A DNA stretch of 17,852 bases from Anaerolinea sp. (GTDB taxonomy: Bacteria; Chloroflexota; Anaerolineae; UBA4142): the NCBI GenBank assembly GCA_020722265.1, contig DYLA01000041.1, positions 1 to 17,852 on the forward strand, given 5' to 3'. The stretch's first letter is position 1. Every line of letters begins with the position of its first letter. A program made the translations under genes and the position numbers. This document shows positions 13,602 to 17,852 of the stretch, in pieces. The notes under the pieces are model-generated. The model had not been told where the DNA came from. It worked only from the letters and a program-made list of their open reading frames with translations, and ran no database searches.

Positions 13602-15197
13602 ATGCAACTTTCCCGCCGCGAATTTCTAAAAGATATGGCGTTCGTCGCCGCGATGGCCGGCTTGCCCGGCTGGACGACTGACCTCGATGAAGCGCCGCCG
13701 CTGGAGATGCTGTCGCTCAACGCCGGCGCGTACCCCTGGCAGTGGACGCCGCGCAGCGACATCGGTCAAGGCAATCCGATCATCACCGCGCTCAATCGCA
13801 TTGCCTTCGGTCCGCGCCCCGGCGATTTCGAGCGCGCGCAGCAGATGGGTGTTGATGCGTACATTGAGGAGCAACTGGCGCCGGAATCCATTGACGACAG
13901 CGCGCTCGAACAAAAACTCGCGGCGCGCTATCCCACACTCTCGATGAGCAACGCCGAATTGATGCGCAACTATCCGCGTCCTGCTCCCGCCGCTCAGCGA
14001 GACCCCCAAGCGAAGCAAACGCCCGGACCCATGCAGGTAGTTCAGGAACTGCAAGAGGCGACGATTCTACGCGCGCTGTACAGTCAGCGCCAACTCCATC
14101 AAGTGCTCGTTGACTTTTGGTCGAATCATTTTTCGATTTACATCGCCAAGAACGATTGCCGCTGGATGAAGACGGTGGACGACCGCGAGGTGATTCGCCA
14201 ATACGCCTTCGGCAAGTTCAAGGACTTGCTCCTCGCGAGCGCGCAAAGTCCGGCGATGCTCGAGTATCTTGACAATCGCTTGAACGTCAAAGGTGTCGCG
14301 AACGAGAACTATGCGCGCGAGATCATGGAACTGCACTCGCTCGGCGTGGACGGCGGCTATACCCAGAAAGATGTGCAAGAATTGGCGCGCGCGCTGACCG
14401 GCTGGACGATTATGCCGCTGCGCGCCGCCTCCCTCGCCCCAGACAAAGCCGGAACGTTCATCTTCGATCCCAAGCGGCACGACGATGGCGCGAAGAAAAT
14501 CCTGGGCGTCGAGTTGCCCGCCGGCGGTGGCATCAACGACGCGCTCAAGATCATTGACGTTCTCGCGAATCATCCTTCGACCGCGCGGTATCTTTCGCGG
14601 AAACTGGTCACACGCTTTGTGGCGGACAATCCACCCGACGCGTTGGTGCAGCGCGCCGCGCAGACCTTTGCGCAGACCGGCGGCGACATCCGCGCCGTGC
14701 TGGGAACGATCCTCCACTCGGACGAATTCAAAAACTCGTTCGCGCAAAAGATCAAGCGACCGTTCGAACTGATCGCGTCTGCGCTCCGCGCGCTCGACGC
14801 GCAGATCGAAGATGGGCGCGCCTTGAACGCCGCGCTGCGCTTGATGGGGCAGGGACTCTTTTTGCACCCCACGCCGGACGGCTATCCTGACAATGGCGCG
14901 GCGTGGATCAACACCAGCGCTCTCCTCGCGCGATGGAACCTGGCGCTGCTTGCCGCGGCAAATCGCGTGCCGCGCGGCAAGGTGGATTTGCAAGCCGCGA
15001 TGAGCGGCGCGTCCGCCAAGACCAACGGCGAGGTGGTGGATTATTGGGTCAACTACATTTTGCATCGCAACATCTCGGAGAGTGACCGGCAAAAACTGAT
15101 CAACGCGGTGGGCGATTCGCGCGCGACGTTTGAAATGGCCAAGTTGCCTCTGCTGGTCGCGCTGATTCTCGCATCGCCGCATTTTCAATATCGCTGA
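13602..15197 (+). CDS. DUF1800 family protein with a twin-arginine (TAT) signal
   Basis: GGAGGA at 13589-13594 precedes ATG 13602. SRREFLK TAT motif. Paired with a downstream DUF1501 gene, the usual family arrangement. Confidence 0.75.
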   Translation: MQLSRREFLKDMAFVAAMAGLPGWTTDLDEAPPLEMLSLNAGAYPWQWTPRSDIGQGNPIITALNRIAFGPRPGDFERAQQMGVDAYIEEQLAPESIDDSALEQKLAARYPTLSMSNAELMRNYPRPAPAAQRDPQAKQTPGPMQVVQELQEATILRALYSQRQLHQVLVDFWSNHFSIYIAKNDCRWMKTVDDREVIRQYAFGKFKDLLLASAQSPAMLEYLDNRLNVKGVANENYAREIMELHSLGVDGGYTQKDVQELARALTGWTIMPLRAASLAPDKAGTFIFDPKRHDDGAKKILGVELPAGGGINDALKIIDVLANHPSTARYLSRKLVTRFVADNPPDALVQRAAQTFAQTGGDIRAVLGTILHSDEFKNSFAQKIKRPFELIASALRALDAQIEDGRALNAALRLMGQGLFLHPTPDGYPDNGAAWINTSALLARWNLALLAAANRVPRGKVDLQAAMSGASAKTNGEVVDYWVNYILHRNISESDRQKLINAVGDSRATFEMAKLPLLVALILASPHFQYR

Positions 15198-15269
15198 ACC
15201 GACGAAGGACGGAAAACAAGTGTCCGTCTGCCGGCGTCGGTCATGCGTCAGCCATTGGAGGATTCTCAA

Positions 15270-16601
15270 ATGAGTGATACAACCACTCGACGTGAATTAC
15301 TCAAGCGCACCGGCGTGTTGACCATCGGCGCGCTGACCTTCCCGCTGTGGATGCCGCGCCTTGCCTTCGCCGCGCCCGACACGGCGACGTCGGGCGACAT
15401 TCTCGTGTGCGTGTTTATGCGCGGCGCGGCGGATGGATTGAATCTCGTCATCCCGCACGGCGACAAGGATTACTATGCCGCGCGCCGCGCCCTCGCGATC
15501 CAGGCGCCAGCCTCAAGCAACCCCGATGCGGCGATTGACCTCGACGGCTTTTTTGGATTCCATCCCCTCTTGCGCCCGCTGAAAGAGGTCTGGGATGCCG
15601 GCGCACTTGCGGTCGTGCACGCCGTTGGTTCGCCCGACCCCACGCACTCGCACTTTGACGCGATGGATTTCATGGAACGCGGCACGCCGGGCGAAAAGGC
15701 GATCCCGACCGGATGGATCGGCCGTCATTTGCAGCAGATGGCGAGCAACAACAAGTCGCCGTTTCGTGCAGTGGGAATGGGCAGCCTGCTCCAGCAATCC
15801 CTGCGCGGTCCGGTGGCCGCGACCTCGCTGCAGAGCATCGCCGACTTTCACCTGAAGGGTGATTCCCGGCAAGTCGAGTACTTTCAGAACGCGCTCGCGT
15901 CGCTGTACGAGGGCGATGGATTTCTCGCAAGCGAGGGAACGCAGACGCTGCAAGCGATGCGCGATCTTGCCAAACTCGCGTCATCGAATTATACGCCTGC
16001 AAATGGTGCGAAATATCCAGACACGCCATTCGGCAAAGGATTGTCCGCACTCGCGCAGTTGATCAAAGCCGGGCTGGGAGTCGAAGTCGCGTGCGTGGAC
16101 ATTGGCGGATGGGACACGCATGTGCAGCAAGGCACTCTGAAAGATGGGCAGATGCCGCGGCTCATCACCGAGTTTGCCAGTGGGCTGGCGGCATTCTACG
16201 CCGATATGCAAGATCAGATGAAGCGCATCACGCTCGTCACGATGACCGAGTTCGGTCGGCGCGTGCAAGAGAACTCGAATCAGGGAACCGATCACGGACA
16301 TGGCAGCGTGATGTTTGTGATGGGCGGCGGCATCAAGGGCGGCCGGGTGTATGGCGAGTGGCCCGGCTTGGGCAAAGACGCTCTCTACGGTCCTGGCGAC
16401 CTCGCGATCACGACCGACTTTCGCGACGTGCTGGGTGAGATCGTGCAAAAGAGATTGATGAACTCGAATCTCGCGGCGGTGTTCCCAAATTATCCGACCT
16501 TCAAGTTTCGCGACATTGCCAATCAGCAAACGGCATCGCTGAACACGCCGCAGTACGCGCTCGCATTGCCCTTCAGTTCCAAGATTCCGATGGGGGCGTA
16601 G
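15270..16601 (+). CDS. DUF1501 family protein (sulfatase-like fold) with a TAT signal
   Basis: GGAGG precedes ATG 15270. TRRELLKRTGVLTIGAL TAT signal. Conserved ...WDTH...GTDHGHG... motifs. Confidence 0.75.
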   Translation: MSDTTTRRELLKRTGVLTIGALTFPLWMPRLAFAAPDTATSGDILVCVFMRGAADGLNLVIPHGDKDYYAARRALAIQAPASSNPDAAIDLDGFFGFHPLLRPLKEVWDAGALAVVHAVGSPDPTHSHFDAMDFMERGTPGEKAIPTGWIGRHLQQMASNNKSPFRAVGMGSLLQQSLRGPVAATSLQSIADFHLKGDSRQVEYFQNALASLYEGDGFLASEGTQTLQAMRDLAKLASSNYTPANGAKYPDTPFGKGLSALAQLIKAGLGVEVACVDIGGWDTHVQQGTLKDGQMPRLITEFASGLAAFYADMQDQMKRITLVTMTEFGRRVQENSNQGTDHGHGSVMFVMGGGIKGGRVYGEWPGLGKDALYGPGDLAITTDFRDVLGEIVQKRLMNSNLAAVFPNYPTFKFRDIANQQTASLNTPQYALALPFSSKIPMGA

Positions 16602-16641
16602 GAGCGCCCTCTTTGGCGGCGGAAGGTGCCTGGTGCTGCCA

Positions 16642-16675
16642 ACCTCGCCGGTGTTCAAAACCGGCGAGGTTTTTT
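16642..16675 (+). terminator. Rho-independent terminator after the DUF1501 gene
   Basis: ACCTCGCCGG (16642-16651), 9-nt loop, CCGGCGAGGT (16661-16670), then TTTTT 16671-16675. Confidence 0.75.
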
Positions 16676-16679
16676 CTAC

Positions 16680-16707
16680 TTGCCAAAAGTGCGAATCAGG
16701 ATACAAT
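16680..16707 (+). promoter_or_regulatory. Candidate promoter TTGCCA-N16-TACAAT for the ATPase gene
   Basis: TTGCCA 16680-16685, spacer 16, TACAAT 16702-16707. The transcript would carry hairpin copy 3 in its 5'UTR. Confidence 0.3.
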
Positions 16708-16772
16708 TGAATCCGCGAATGGCGCGATAGAGTGCAGCGGTGTCCGATTTAGTTCTTTTGCCTGAGAGACGA

Positions 16773-16805
16773 AGACCTGGAAGGTCTCCAAGACCTTCCA
16801 GGTCT
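16773..16805. repeat. Palindromic hairpin repeat, copy 3, identical to copy 2, ~35 nt upstream of the ATPase start codon
   Basis: AGACCTGGAAGGTCT-cca-AGACCTTCCAGGTCT, read directly. Confidence 0.85.
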
Positions 16806-16838
16806 GGGTTTGACTTTTCATCCTTCAGGAGACCCACA

Positions 16839-17774
16839 ATGCCCAACCCCTTCTTCTACGGCGGTCGTGTCAATCCAGAGCAGTTCGTCGGACGACGCGC
16901 AGAGTTGCAGCGAATCTTTGCGGGCTTGGAAGTCGCCCACACGGGGCAGATGCAAAGTTTCTCCGTCGTCGGTCCGCGCCGCATCGGCAAATCGTCGCTG
17001 TTGTTTTACGTCGCGCAGCGGTACGCGCACTATCTGACGCACGCCGCACCATATCGCTTTGCCTATATCGAGTTGCAGGACGCGCACTGCCACACGCTCA
17101 ATGGTTTGCTCGATGGGATTCTCAAGCAACTGGATGCGGGTGAACTCGTCGGCAATCACGCGCCGCTGGTGGAATTTCAAGACGCGCTCCTTGCGCTCAG
17201 AAAGCGCGGCGCGCTCCCCGTCGTCTGCCTCGATGAATTCGAGGAACTCATCCACCGCCGCGAGCAATTCACGCTCGACTTTTACGAATCGTTGCGCTAT
17301 TTGATGAACCAGCACGCGCTCGCGTTCATCACCGCGTCCAAATCTCCGCTGATTGATCTCGCGCAAACGCTGGGCTACACCTCCCCCTTCTTCAACATCT
17401 TCACCCACCTGCCGCTGGGCGAACTCACCGACGACGAAGCGCGCGCACTGCTGGTGCGCGGCGCGGACTGTGACCGTGCGTTCACGCCGACCGAACAAAA
17501 TGACGCGTGGCGTCTGGCTGGCAATCATCCGTACAAACTGCAACTCATCGGCAGTTTGCTGTACCAAGCGAAAGCGGATAACCGCGCGGTGGATTGGGCG
17601 GAACTGCGGCGCGAGTTTGTGATGCAACTGCAAAACGTGGGGCTGCAAGCGAACGTGGCGCGAATGTTGGAACAAGTTGGACAAAAATCCAAAGGCACGG
17701 TGATTTCTGCGGTGAAAGCGGCGATACAGGCATTGTTCAAAGCGTGGATTGATAGTTGGAATCAACCGCGTTAG
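16839..17774 (+). CDS. Standalone AAA+/STAND-type NTPase domain protein (AAA_16/Arch_ATPase-like), 311 aa, with no sensor repeats
   Basis: AGGAGA RBS at 16826-16831. N-terminal NPFFYGGRV..FVGRRAELQRI, Walker A GPRRIGKSSLL, Walker B VVCLDEFEE, sensor-like FITASKSP. The ORF-track start at 16740 would run through the hairpin and is rejected. Confidence 0.7.
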   Translation: MPNPFFYGGRVNPEQFVGRRAELQRIFAGLEVAHTGQMQSFSVVGPRRIGKSSLLFYVAQRYAHYLTHAAPYRFAYIELQDAHCHTLNGLLDGILKQLDAGELVGNHAPLVEFQDALLALRKRGALPVVCLDEFEELIHRREQFTLDFYESLRYLMNQHALAFITASKSPLIDLAQTLGYTSPFFNIFTHLPLGELTDDEARALLVRGADCDRAFTPTEQNDAWRLAGNHPYKLQLIGSLLYQAKADNRAVDWAELRREFVMQLQNVGLQANVARMLEQVGQKSKGTVISAVKAAIQALFKAWIDSWNQPR

Positions 17775-17782
17775 CGCAAGAG

Positions 17783-17816
17783 AGACCTGTCAGGTTTCCA
17801 AAAACCTGACAGGTCT
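17783..17816. repeat. Variant palindromic hairpin, copy 4: AGACCTGTCAGGT-ttccaaaa-ACCTGACAGGTCT, right after the ATPase stop codon
   Basis: 13-bp perfect inverted repeat with an 8-nt loop. It shares the AGACCTG...CAGGTCT termini with copies 1-3. Confidence 0.75.
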
Positions 17817-17852
17817 TCAAACCCGTGTGGGGGCGAGGCATTCGGCAATGTG

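Noticed and set aside
14067-15269. 400-aa minus-strand ORF antisense to the DUF1800 gene; likewise 15981..16706(-) against DUF1501 and 16818..17765(-) against the ATPase
   Set aside because: All are Arg/His-rich antisense shadows of well-supported plus-strand genes with RBSs and recognisable domains.
1-17852. CRISPR arrays, tRNA or rRNA genes, IS elements
   Set aside because: No regularly spaced direct repeats, no cloverleaf-like conserved tRNA motifs (GTTC..A / TGGCNNAG..), and no transposase-like ORFs were seen anywhere in the window.

Overview
This is a high-GC (~65%) bacterial chromosomal window, mostly ordinary housekeeping genes on the + strand, with one embedded lower-GC (~45-50%) island. 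Gene order is as follows. (1) A phosphonate-type ABC importer phnD-phnC-phnE; phnE is a fused tandem permease with an extra N-terminal membrane segment. (2) A ~3 kb island at ~4052..7063 carrying a 415-bp structured leader, a 3-TM SPFH/band-7 membrane protein and a LexA-like S24 autoprotease whose HTH domain is replaced by a Cys-rich helical domain. (3) psuG, which looks 5'-truncated at the island junction and carries an in-frame palindromic mini-insertion. (4) A CdsA/dolichol-kinase-superfamily membrane protein. (5) clpC on the - strand, with divergent promoters. (6) A pncC(cinA-C)-uppP-pstS-like cluster. (7) A TAT-exported DUF1800/DUF1501 pair. (8) A small standalone STAND/AAA ATPase. A 15-bp inverted-repeat hairpin family (AGACCTGGAAGGTCT..AGACCTTCCAGGTCT) occurs four times at gene ends or leaders. 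Two classic intrinsic terminators are visible. The long antisense ORFs in the track are rejected as high-GC shadow ORFs. The most interesting candidate is the island-borne SPFH + non-HTH LexA-like autoprotease pair, a possible undescribed DNA-damage/phage-responsive membrane module. No tRNA, rRNA, CRISPR, integrase or transposase was seen.
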